Assembly (NCBI GenBank): GCA_964016885.1
Contig: OZ024740.1
Location: forward strand, 34,286,001-34,350,000
Reading direction: 5' to 3'
Origin: Eledone cirrhosa
Taxonomy: Eukaryota
DNA: 64,000 nucleotides
Below the pieces are notes generated by a model, which was given only the letters and a program-made list of their open reading frames with translations, was not told where the DNA came from and did no database searches. Of the stretch, positions 29,501 through 41,699 are shown in pieces. How positions within the stretch are numbered: position 1 is the first letter of the stretch; every line of letters starts with the position of its first letter. The position numbers and the translations under genes are program-made.

Positions 29501-31443
29501 TTTTGTCAAGTGTAGCCCCCATCTCCTAGAACCTCAAGAAACTTCATTTTTGTCAAGTATAGCCCCCAACTCCTACAACCTCAAGAAACTTCATTTTTGT
29601 CAAGTGTAGCCCCGACTCCTAGAACCTCACGGACACTTCATTTTTGTCAAGTGTAGCTCCCAAATCCTAGAACCTCAAGAAACTTCATTTTTATCAAGTG
29701 TAGCCCCAAACTCCTAGAACCCCAAGAAACATCATTTTTGTCAAGTGTAGCCCCAACTCCTAGAACCTCAAGAAACTTCATTTTTGTCAAGTGTAGCCTC
29801 CTCGGCTCCTAGAACCTCAAGAAGCTTCATTTTTGTCAAGTGTAGCCCTCCAACTCCTAGAACCTCAAGAAACATCATTTTTCTCAAGTGTAGCCCCTAA
29901 CTCCTAGAACCTCAAGAAACTTCACTTTTGTCAAGTGTAGCCCCCCAACTCCTAGAACCTCAAGAAACTTCATTTTTGTCAAGTGTAGCTCCCCGACTCC
30001 TAGAACCTCAAGAAACTTCATTTTTGTCAAGTGTAGCTCCCCGACTCCTTGAACCTCAAGAAACTTCATTTTTGTCAAGTGTAGCTCCCCGACTCCTAGA
30101 ACCTCAAGAAACTTCATTTTTGTCAAGTGTAGCTCCCCGACTCCTAGAACATCAAGAAACTTCATTTTTCTCAAGTGTAGCCCCCAACTCCTAGAACCTC
30201 AAGAAACTTCATTTTTGTCAAGTGTAGCTCCCCGACTCCTAGAACCTCAAGAAACTTTAATTTTGTCAAGTGTAGCCCCCAACTCCTACAACCTCAAGAA
30301 ACTTTAATTTTGTCAAGTGTAGCCCCCAACTCCTATAACCTCAAGAAACTTTATTTTTGTCAAGTGTAGCCCCCCAACTCCTAGAACTTCAAGAAACTTC
30401 ATTTTTGTCAAGTGTAGACCCCTATCTCCTAGAACCTCAAGAAACTTCATTTTTGTCAAGTGTAGCCGCCAACTCCTAGAACCCCAAGAAAGTTCATTTT
30501 TGTCAAGTGTTTCCCCCCCGACTCCTAGAACCTCAAGAAACTTCACTTTTGTCAAGTGTAGCCCCACCCCTACAACCTGAAGAAACTTCATTTTTGTCAA
30601 GTTTAGCTCCCAAATCCTAGAAACTCAAGAAACTTCATTTTTGTCAAGTGCAGCCCCCCGACTCCTAGAACCTCAAGAAACTTCATTTTTGTCAAGTGTA
30701 GCACCCAACCCCTAGAACATCAAGAAACTTCATTTTTGTCAAGTGTAGCTCCCCGACTCCTACAACCTAAAGAAACTTCGTTTTTGTCAAGTGTAGCCTC
30801 CTCGGCTCCTAGAACCTCAAGAAGCTTCATTTTTGTCAAGTGTAGCCCCCAACTCCGAGAACGCAAAGAAAATTCATTTTTGTCAAGCGTAGCCCCCAAC
30901 TCCTAGAACCTCAAGAAACATCATTTTTGTCATGTGTAGCCCTCCAACTCCTATAACCTCAAGAAACTTCATTTTTTTCAAGTGTAGCCCCCAACTCTTA
31001 GAAACTGAAGAAACTTTATTTTTGTCAAGTATAGCCCCCCACCCCTACAACCTCAAGAAACTTCATTTTTGTCAAGTGTAGCCCCCCGACTCCTAGAACC
31101 CCAAGAAAGTTCATTTTTGTCAAGTGTTTCCCCCCCCCCCCCCCCTGACACCTAGAACCTAAAGAAAGTTCATTTTTGTCAAGTGTAGCTCCCAAATCCT
31201 AGAATCTCAAGAAACTTCATTTTAGTCAAGTGTAGCCCCCAAATACTAGAACCTCAAGAAACTTCATTTTTGTCAAGTGTAGCCCCCGACTCCTAGAATC
31301 TCAAGAATCTTCATTTTTGTCAAGTGTAGCCCCCCAACTCCTATAACCTCAAGAAACTTCATTTCTGTCAAGTGTAGCTCGCAAATCCTAGAATCTCAAG
31401 AATCTCCATTTTTGTCAAGTGTAGCCCCCCAACTCCTAGAACA

Positions 31444-34400
31444 TCAAGAAACTTCATTTTTCTCAAATGTAGCTCCCGACTCCTAGAACCTCAAAAAACT
31501 TCATTTTTGTCAAGTGTAACCCCAATTCCTAGAACCTCAAGAAACTTCATTTTTGTCAAGTGTAGCACCCAACCCCTAGAACCTCAAGAAACTTCATTTT
31601 TGTCAAGTGTGGCCTCCCCGGCTCCTAGAACCTCATGAAACATCATTTTTGTCAAGTGTAGCCCTCCAACTCCTATAACCTCAAGAAACTTCATTTTTCT
31701 CAAGTGTAGCCCCCTAACTCCTAGAACATCAAGAAACTTCATTTTTCTCAAGTGTAGCCCCCAACTCCTAGAACCTCAAGAAACTTCACTTTTGTCAAGT
31801 GTAGCCCCCAACTCCTAGAACCTAAAGAAACTTCATTTTTGTCAAGTGTAGCTCCCTGACTCCTAGAACCTCAAGAAACATCATTTTTGTCAAGTGTAGC
31901 TCCCAACTCCTAGAACCTCAAGAAACTTTATTTTTGTCAAGTGTAGCCCCCCATCTCCTAGAACCTCAAGAAACTTTATTTTTGTCAAGTGTAGCCCCCA
32001 ACTCCTAGAACATCGAGAAACTTCATTTTTGTCAAGTGAAGCCCACAACTCCTAGAACCTCAAGAAACTTCACTTTTGTCAAGTGTAGCCCCCACCCCTA
32101 CAACCTGAAGAAACTTCATTTTTGTCAAGTTTAGCTCCCAAATCCTAGAAACTCAAGAAACTTCATTTTTATCAAGTGTAGCCCCAAACTCCTAGAACCT
32201 CAAGAAACTTCATTTTTGTCAAGTGTAGCCTCCTCGGCTCCTAGAACCTCAAGAAGCTTCATTTTTGTCAAGTGTAGCCCCCAACTCCTAGAACCCCAAG
32301 AAACATCATTTTTCTCAAGTGTAGCCCCCAACTCCTAGAACCTCAAGAAACTTCATTTTTATCAAGTGTAGCCCCCCATCTCCTAGAACCTCAAGAAACT
32401 TCATTTTTGTCAAGTATAGCCCCCCACCCCTACAACCTCAAGAAACTTCATTTTTGTCAAGTGTAGCCCCGACTCCTAGAACCTCACGGACACTTCATTT
32501 TTGTCAAGTGTAGCTCCCAAATCCTAGAACCTCAAGAAACTTCATTTTTGTCAAGTGTAGCCCCAACTCCTAGAACCTCAAGAAACTTCATTTTTGTCAA
32601 GTGTAGCCCCCCGACTCCTAGATCCTCAAGAAACTTCATTTTTGTCAAGTGTAGCCCCAATTCCTAGAACCTCAAGAAACTTCATTTTTGTCAAGTGTAG
32701 CCCCAAATCCTAGAACCCTAAGAAACTTCATTTTTGTCAAGTGTAGCCCACCGACTCCTAGAACCTCAAGAAACTTCATTTTTGTCAAGTGTAGCCCCAA
32801 TTCCTAGAACCTCAAGAAACTTCATTTTTGTCAAGTGTAGCCTCCTCGGCTCCGAGAACCTCAAGAAGCTTCATTTTTGTCAAGTGTAGCCCTCCAACTC
32901 CTAGAACCTCAAGAAACATCATTTTTCGCAAGTGTAGCCCCCAACTCCTAGAACCTCAAGAAACTTCACTTTTGTCAAGTGTAGCCCCCCAACTCCTAGA
33001 ACCTCAAGAAACTTCATTTTTGTCAAGTGTAGCTCCCCGACTCCTAGAACCTCAAGAAACTTCATTTTTGTCAAGTGTAGCTCCCCGACTCCTTGAACCT
33101 CAAGAAACTTCATTTTTGTCAAGTGTCGCTCCCCGACTCCTTGAACCTCAAGAAACTTCATTTTTCTCAAATGTAGCTCCCGACTCCTAGAACCTCAAAA
33201 AACTTCATTTTTGTCAAGTGTAACCCCAATTCCTAGAACCTCAAGAAACTTCATTTTTGTCAAGTGTAGCACCCAACCCCTAGAACCTCAAGAAACTTCA
33301 TTTTTGTCAAGTGTGGCCTCCCCGGCTCCTAGAACCTCATGAAACATCATTTTTGTCAAGTGTAGCCCTCCAACTCCTATAACCTCAAGAAACTTCATTT
33401 TTCTCAAGTGTAGCCCCCTAACTCCTAGAACATCAAGAAACTTCATTTTTCTCAAGTGTAGCCCCCAACTCCTAGAACCTCAAGAAACTTCACTTTTGTC
33501 AAGTGTAGCCCCCAACTCCTAGAACCTAAAGAAACTTCATTTTTGTCAAGTGTAGCTCCCTGACTCCTAGAACCTCAAGAAACATCATTTTTGTCAAGTG
33601 TAGCTCCCAACTCCTAGAACCTCAAGAAACTTTATTTTTGTCAAGTGTAGCCCCCCATCTCCTAGAACCTCAAGAAACTTTATTTTTGTCAAGTGTAGCC
33701 CCCAACTCCTAGAACATCGAGAAACTTCATTTTTGTCAAGTGAAGCCCACAACTCCTAGAACCTCAAGAAACTTCACTTTTGTCAAGTGTAGCCCCCACC
33801 CCTACAACCTGAAGAAACTTCATTTTTGTCAAGTTTAGCTCCCAAATCCTAGAAACTCAAGAAACTTCATTTTTATCAAGTGTAGCCCCAAACTCCTAGA
33901 ACCTCAAGAAACTTCATTTTTGTCAAGTGTAGCCTCCTCGGCTCCTAGAACCTCAAGAAGCTTCATTTTTGTCAAGTGTAGCCCCCAACTCCTAGAACCC
34001 CAAGAAACATCATTTTTCTCAAGTGTAGCCCCCAACTCCTAGAACCTCAAGAAACTTCATTTTTATCAAGTGTAGCCCCCCATCTCCTAGAACCTCAAGA
34101 AACTTCATTTTTGTCAAGTATAGCCCCCCACCCCTACAACCTCAAGAAACTTCATTTTTGTCAAGTGTAGCCCCGACTCCTAGAACCTCACGGACACTTC
34201 ATTTTTGTCAAGTGTAGCTCCCAAATCCTAGAACCTCAAGAAACTTCATTTTTGTCAAGTGTAGCCCCAACTCCTAGAACCTCAAGAAACTTCATTTTTG
34301 TCAAGTGTAGCCCCCCGACTCCTAGATCCTCAAGAAACTTCATTTTTGTCAAGTGTAGCCCCAATTCCTAGAACCTCAAGAAACTTCATTTTTGTCAAGT

Positions 34401-34845
34401 GTAGCCCCAAATCCTAGAACCCTAAGAAACTTCATTTTTGTCAAGTGTAGCCCACCGACTCCTAGAACCTCAAGAAACTTCATTTTTGTCAAGTGTAGCC
34501 CCAATTCCTAGAACCTCAAGAAACTTCATTTTTGTCAAGTGTAGCCTCCTCGGCTCCGAGAACCTCAAGAAGCTTCATTTTTGTCAAGTGTAGCCCTCCA
34601 ACTCCTAGAACCTCAAGAAACATCATTTTTCGCAAGTGTAGCCCCCAACTCCTAGAACCTCAAGAAACTTCACTTTTGTCAAGTGTAGCCCCCCAACTCC
34701 TAGAACCTCAAGAAACTTCATTTTTGTCAAGTGTAGCTCCCCGACTCCTAGAACCTCAAGAAACTTCATTTTTGTCAAGTGTAGCTCCCCGACTCCTTGA
34801 ACCTCAAGAAACTTCATTTTTGTCAAGTGTCGCTCCCCGACTCCT
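31444..34845 (+). repeat. Essentially perfect tandem duplication, 1704-bp (~36-monomer) unit x2
   Basis: TCTCAAATGTAGCTCCCGAC occurs at 31461/33165 and ORFs 32828/34532 are offset by 1704. Rare variants (GGCCTCCCCGG, CTAGATCCTC, CCCTAAG, TTTTCGCAAG, GTGTCGCTCC) are shared, and I found no differences by eye. Confidence 0.93.
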
Positions 34846-36489
34846 AGAACCTCAAGAAACTTCATTTTTGTCAAGTGTAGCTCCCCGACTCCTAGAACAT
34901 CAAGAAACTTCATTTTTGTCAAGTGTAGCTCCCCGACTCCTAGAACCTCAAGAAACTTCATTTTTGTCAAGTGTAGCCCCCAACTCCTACAACCTCAAGA
35001 AACTTTAATTTTGTCAAGTGTAGCCCCCAACTCCTATAACCTCAAGAAACTTTATTTTTGTCAAGTGTAGCCCCCCAACTCCTAGAACCTCAAGAAACTT
35101 CATTTTTGTCAAGTGTAGCCGCCAACTCCTAGAACCCCAAGAAAGTTCATTTTTGTCAAGTGTTTCCCCCCCCCGACTCCTAGAACCTCAAGAAACTTCA
35201 CTTTTGTCAAGTGTAGCCCCACCCCTACAACCTGAAGAAACTTCATTTTTGTCAAGTTTAGCTACCAAATCCTAGAAACTCAAGAAACTTCATTTTTATC
35301 AAGTGTAGTTCCCCGACTCATAGAACCTCAAGAAACTTCATTTTTGTCAAGTGTAGTTCCCCGACTCCTAGAACCTCAAGAAACTTCATTTTTGTGAAGT
35401 GCAGCCCCCCGACTCCTAGAACCTCAAGAAACTTCATTTTTGTCAAGTGTAGCACCCAACCCCTAGAACATCAAGAAACTTCATTTTTGCCAAGTGTAGC
35501 TCCCCGACTCCTACAACCTCAAGAAACTTCATTTTTGTCAAGTGTAGCCCCCCGACTCCTAGAACCCCAAGAAAGTTCATTTTTGTCAAGTGTTCCCCCC
35601 GCCCTCCGACACCTAGAACCTAAAGAAAGTTCATTTTTGTCAAGTGTAGCTCCCAAATCCTAGAATCTCAAGAAACTTCATTTTAGTCAAGTGTAGCCCC
35701 CAAATACTAGAACCTCAAGAAACTTCATTTTTGTCAAGTGTAGCCCCCGACTCCTAGAATCTCAAGAATCTTCATTATTGTCAAGTGTAGCCCCCCAACT
35801 CCTAGAACATCAAGAAACTTCATTTTTCTCAAGTGTAGCCCCCAACTCCTAGAACCTCAAGAAACTTCACTTTTGTCAAGTGTAGCTCCCAAATCCTAGA
35901 ACCTAAAGAAACTTCATTTTTGTCAAGTGTAGCTCCCGACTCCTAGAACCTCAAGAAACTTCATTTTTGTCAAGTGTAGCACCCAACCCCTAGAACCTCA
36001 AGAAACTTCATTTTTGTCAAGTGTGGCCTCCTCGGCTCCTAGAACCTCAAGAAACATCATTTTTGTCAAGTGTAGCCCTCCAACTCCTATAACCTCAAGA
36101 AACTTCATTTTTCTCAAGTGTAGCCCCCTAACTCCTAGAACATCAAGAAACTTCATTTTTCTCAAGTGTAGCCCCCAACTCCTAGAACCTCAAGAAACTT
36201 CACTTTTGTCAAGTGTAGCCGCCAACTCCTAGAACCTAAAGAAACTTCATTTTTGTCAAGTGTAGCTCCCCGACTCCTAGAACCTCAAGAAACTTCATTT
36301 TTGTCAAGTGTAGCCCCCCATCTCCTAGAACCTCAAGAAACTTTATTTTTGTTAAGTGTAGCCCCCAACTCCTAGAACATCGAGAAACTTCATTTTTGTC
36401 AAGTGAAGCCCACAACTCCTACAACCTCAAGAAACTTCACTTTTGTCAAGTGTAGCCCCCACCCCTACAACCTGAAGAAACTTCATTTT

Positions 36490-39400
36490 TGTCAAGTTTA
36501 GCTCCCAAATCCTAGAAACTCAAGAAACTTCATTTTTATCAAGTGTAGCCCCAAACTCCTAGAACCTCAAGAAACTTCATTTTTGTCAAGTGTAGCCTCC
36601 TCGGCTCCTAGAACCTCAAGAAGCTTCATTTTTGTCAAGTGTAGCCCCAAACTCCTAGAACCCCAAGAAATATCATTTTTCTCAAGTGTAGCCCCCAACT
36701 CCTAGAACCTCAAGAAACATCATTTTTGTCAAGTGTAGCCCCTAACTCCTAGAACCTCAAGAAACTTCATTTTTGTCAAGTGTAGCCCCCCATCTCCTAG
36801 AACCTCAAGAAACTTCATTTTTGTCAAGTATAGCCCCCACCCCTACAACCTCAAGAAACTTCATTTTTCTCAAGTGTAGCCCCCTAACTCCTAGAACATC
36901 AAGAAACTTCATTTTTCTCAAGTGTAGCTCCCAAATCCTAGAACCTCAAGAAACTTCATTTTTGTCAAGTGTAGCCCCAACTCCTAGAACCTCAAGAAAC
37001 TTCATTTTTGTCAAGTGTAGCCCCCAGACTCCTAGATCCTCAAGAAACTTCATTTTTGTCAAGTGTAGCTCCCGACTCCTAGAACCTCAAGAAACTTCAT
37101 TTTTGTCAAGTGTAGCACCCAACCCCTAGAACCTCAAGAAACTTCATTTTTGTCAAGTGTGGCCTCCTCGGCTCCTAGAACCTCAAGAAACATCATTTTT
37201 GTCAAGTGTAGCCCTCCAACTCCTATAAACTCAAGAAACTTCATTTTTCTCAAGTGTAGCCCCCTAACTCCTAGAACATCAAGAAACTTCATTTTTGTCA
37301 AGTGTAGCCCCCAACTCCTAGAACCTCAAGAAACATCATTTTTCTCAAGTGTAGCCCCCCAACTACTAGAACCTCAAGAAACTTCATTTTTGTCAAGTGT
37401 AGCCCCCAACTCCTAGAACCTCAAGAAACATCATTTTTCTCAAGTGTAGCCCTCCAACTCCTAGAACCTCAAGAAACTTCATTTTTGTCAAGTGTAGCTC
37501 CCCGACTCCTTGAACCTCAAGAAACTTCATTTTTGTCAAGTGTCGCTCCCCGACTCCTAGAACCTCAAGAAACTTCATTTTTGTCAAGTGTAGCTCCCCG
37601 ACTCCTAGAACATCAAGAAACTTCATTTTTGTCAAGTGTAGCTCCCCGACTCCTAGAACCTCAAGAAACTTCATTTTTGTCAAGTGTAGCCCCCAACTCC
37701 TACAACCTCAAGAAACTTTAATTTTGTCAAGTGTAGCCCCCAACTCCTATAACCTCAAGAAACTTTATTTTTGTCAAGTGTAGCCCCCCAACTCCTAGAA
37801 CCTCAAGAAACTTCATTTTTGTCAAGTGTAGCCGCCAACTCCTAGAACCCCAAGAAAGTTCATTTTTGTCAAGTGTAGACCCCTACCTCCTAGAACCTCA
37901 AGAAACTTCATTTTTGTCAAGTGTAGCCGCCAACTCCTAGAACCCCAAGAAAGTTCATTTTTGTGAAGCGTTTCCCCCCCCCCCCCCCCGACTCCTAGAA
38001 CCTCAAGAAACTTCACTTTTGTCAAGTGTAGCCCCACCCCTAGAACCTGAAGAAACTTCATTTTTGTCAAGTTTAGCTCCCAAATCCTAGAAACTCAAGA
38101 AACTTCATTTTTATCAAGTGTAGCCCAAACTCCTAGAACCTCAAGAAACTTCACTTTTGTCAAGTGTAGCCCCCCAACTCCTAGAACCTCAAGAAACTTT
38201 ATTTTTGTCAAGTGTAGCCCCCCAACTCCTAGAACCTCAAGAAACTTCATTTTTGTCAAGTGTAGACCCCTATCTCCTAGAACCTCAAGAAACTTCATTT
38301 TTGTCAAGTGTAGCACCCAACCCCTAGAACCTCAAGAAACTTCATTTTTGTCAAGTGTAGACCCCAACTCCTATAACCTCAAGAAACTTCATTTTTCTCA
38401 AGTGTTGCCCCCTAACTCCTAGAACATCAAGAAACTTCATTTTTCTCAAGTGTAGCCCCCGACTCCTAGAACCTAAAGAAACTTCATTTTTGTCAAGTGT
38501 AGCTCCCCGACTCCTAGAACCTCAAGAAACTTCATTTTTGTCAAGTGTAGCCCCCCATCTCCTAGAACCTCAAGAAACTTTATTTTTGTTAAGTTTAGCT
38601 CCCAAATCCTAGAAACTCAAGAAACTTCATTTTTATCAAGTGTAGCCCCAAACTCCTAGAACCTCAAGAAACTTCATTTTTGTCAAGTGTAGCCTCCTCG
38701 GCTCCTAGAACCTCAAGAAGCTTCATTTTTGTCAAGTGTAGCCCCAAACTCCTAGAACCCCAAGAAACATCATTTTTCTCAAGTGTAGCCCCCAACTCCT
38801 AGAACCTCAAGAAACTTCATTTTTGTCAAGTGTAGCCCCTAACTCCTAGAACCTCAAGAAACTTCATTTTTGACAAGTGTAGCCCCCCATCTCCTAGAAC
38901 CTCAAGAAACTTCATTTTTGTCAAGTATAGCCCCCACCCCTACAACCTCAAGAAACTTCATTTTTGTCAAGTGTAGCCCCGACTCCTAGAACCTCACGGA
39001 CATTTCATTTTTTCAAGTGTATCTCCCAAATCCTAGAACCTCAAGAAACTTCATTTTTGTCAAGTGTAGCCCCAACTCCTAGAACCTCAAGAAACTTCAT
39101 TTTTGTCAAGTGTAGCCCCCAGACTCCTAGATCCTCAAGAAACTTCATTTTTGTCAAGTGTAGCTCCCGACTCCTAGAACCTCAAGAAACTTCATTTTTG
39201 TCAAGTGTAGCACCCAACCCCTAGAACCTCAAGAAACTTCATTTTTGTCAAGTGTGGCCTCCTCGGCTCCTAGAACCTCAAGAAACATCATTTTTGTCAA
39301 GTGTAGCCCTCCAACTCCTATAAACTCAAGAAACTTCATTTTTCTCAAGTGTAGCCCCCTAACTCCTAGAACATCAAGAAACTTCATTTTTGTCAAGTGT

Positions 39401-40350
39401 AGCCCCCAACTCCTAGAACCTCAAGAAACATCATTTTTCTCAAGTGTAGCCCCCCAACTACTAGAACCTCAAGAAACTTCATTTTTGTCAAGTGTAGCTC
39501 CCCGACTCCTAGAACCTCAAGAAACTTCATTTTTGTCAAGTGTAGCCCCCCGACTCCTTGAACCTCAAGAAACTTCATTTTTGTCAAGTGTCGCTCCCCG
39601 ACTCCTAGAACCTCAAGAAACTTCATTTTTGTCAAGTGTAGCTCCCCGACTCCTAGAACATCAAGAAACTTCATTTTTGTCAAGTGTAGCTCCCCGACTC
39701 CTAGAACCTCAAGAAACTTCATTTTTGTCAAGTGTAGCCCCCAACTCCTACAACCTCAAGAAACTTTAATTTTGTCAAGTGTAGCCCCCAACTCCTATAA
39801 CCTCAAGAAACTTTATTTTTGTCAAGTGTAGCCCCCCAACTCCTAGAACCTCAAGAAACTTCATTTTTGTCAAGTGTAGCCGCCAACTCCTAGAACCCCA
39901 AGAAAGTTCATTTTTGTCAAGTGTAGACCCCTACCTCCTAGAACCTCAAGAAACTTCATTTTTGTCAAGTGTAGCCGCCAACTCCTAGAACCCCAAGAAA
40001 GTTCATTTTTGTGAAGTGTTTCCCCCCCCCGACTCCTAGAACCTCAAGAAACTTCACTTTTGTCAAGTGTAGCCCCACCCCTACAACCTGAAGAAACTTC
40101 ATTTTTGTCAAGTTTAGCTCCCAAATCCTAGAAACTCAAGAAACTTCATTTTTATCAAGTGTAGCCCAAACTCCTAGAACCTCAAGAAACTTCACTTTTG
40201 TCAAGTGTAGCCCCCCCAACTCCTAGAACCTCAAGAAACTTTATTTTTGTCAAGTGTAGCCCCCCAACTCCTAGAACCTCAAGAAACTTCATTTTTGTCA
40301 AGTGTAGACCCCTATCTCCTAGAACCTCAAGAAACTTCATTTTTGTCAAG
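36490..40350 (+). repeat. Near-tandem duplication, ~2048-2095 bp offset (~43-44 monomers)
   Basis: ORFs 37150/39245 are offset by 2095 and ORF ends 37721/39769 by 2048. Shared markers are CCCAGACTCCTAGATCC, TATAAACTCAAG, AACTACTAGA and CCCTACCTCC. Confidence 0.87.
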
Positions 40351-41699
40351 TGTAGCCGCCAACTCCTAGAACCCCAAGAAAGTTCATTTTTGTCAAGTTT
40401 CCCCCCCCCCCGACTCCTAGAACCTCAAGAAACTTCACTTTTGTCAAGTGTAGCCCCACCCCTACAACATGAAGAAACTTCATTTTTGTCAAGTTTAGCC
40501 CCCCACCCCTACAACCTCAAGAAACTTCATTTTTGTCAAGTGTAGCTCCCCGACTCCTAGAATATCAAGAAACTTCATTTTTCTCAAGTGTAGCCCCCAA
40601 CTCCTAGAACCTCAAGAAACTTCATTTTTGTCAAGTGTAGCTCCCCGACTCCTAGAACCTCAAGAAACTTCATTTTTGTCAAGTGTAGCCCCCAACTCCT
40701 ACAACCTCAAGAAACTTTAATTTTGTCAAGTGTCGCCCCCAACTCCTATAACCTCAAGAAACTTTATTTTTGTCAAGTGTAGCCCCCCAACTCCTAGAAC
40801 CTCAAGAAACTTCATTTTTGTCAAGTGTAGACCCCTATCTCCTAGAACCTCAAGAAACTTCATTTTTGTCAAGTGTAGCCGCCAACTCCTAGAACCCCAA
40901 GAAAGTTCATTTTTGTCAAGTGTTTCCCCCCCCCCCCGACTCCTAGAACCTCAAGAAACTTCACTTTTGTCAAGTGTAGCCCCACCCCTACAACCTGAAG
41001 AAACTTCATTTTTGTCAAGTTTAGCTCCCAAATCCTAGAAACTCAAGAAACTTCATTTTTATCAAGTGTAGCCCAAACTCCTAGAACCTCAAGAAACTTC
41101 ACTTTTGTCAAGTGTAGCCCCCCAACTCCTAGAACCTCAAGAAACTTCATTTTTGTCAAGTGTAGCTCCCCGACTCCTAGAACCTCAAGAAACTTCATTT
41201 TTGTCAAGTGTAGCTCCCCGACTCCTTGAACCTCAAGAAACTTCATTTTTGTCAAGTGTAGCTCCCCGACTCCTAGAACATCAAGAAACTTCATTTTTCT
41301 CAAGTGTAGCCCCCAACTCCTAGAACCTCAAGAAACTTCATTTTTGTCCAGTGCAGCCCCCGACTCCTAGAACATCAAGAAACTTCATTTTTGTCAAGTG
41401 TAGCTCCCCGACTCCTACAACCTAAAGAAACTTCATTTCTGTCAAGTGTAGCCCCCAACTCTTAGAAACTGAAGAAACTTTATTTTTGTCAAGTATAGCC
41501 CCCAACTCCGAGAACCCCAAGAAAATTCATTTTTGTCAAGTGTAGCCCCCAACTCCTAGAACCTCAAGAAACATCATTTTTGTCAAGTGTAGCCCTCCAA
41601 CTCCTATAACCTCAAGAAACTTCATTTTTTTCAAGTGTAGCCCCCAACTCTTAGAAACTGAAGAAACTTTATTTTTGTCAAGTATAGCCCCCCACCCCT

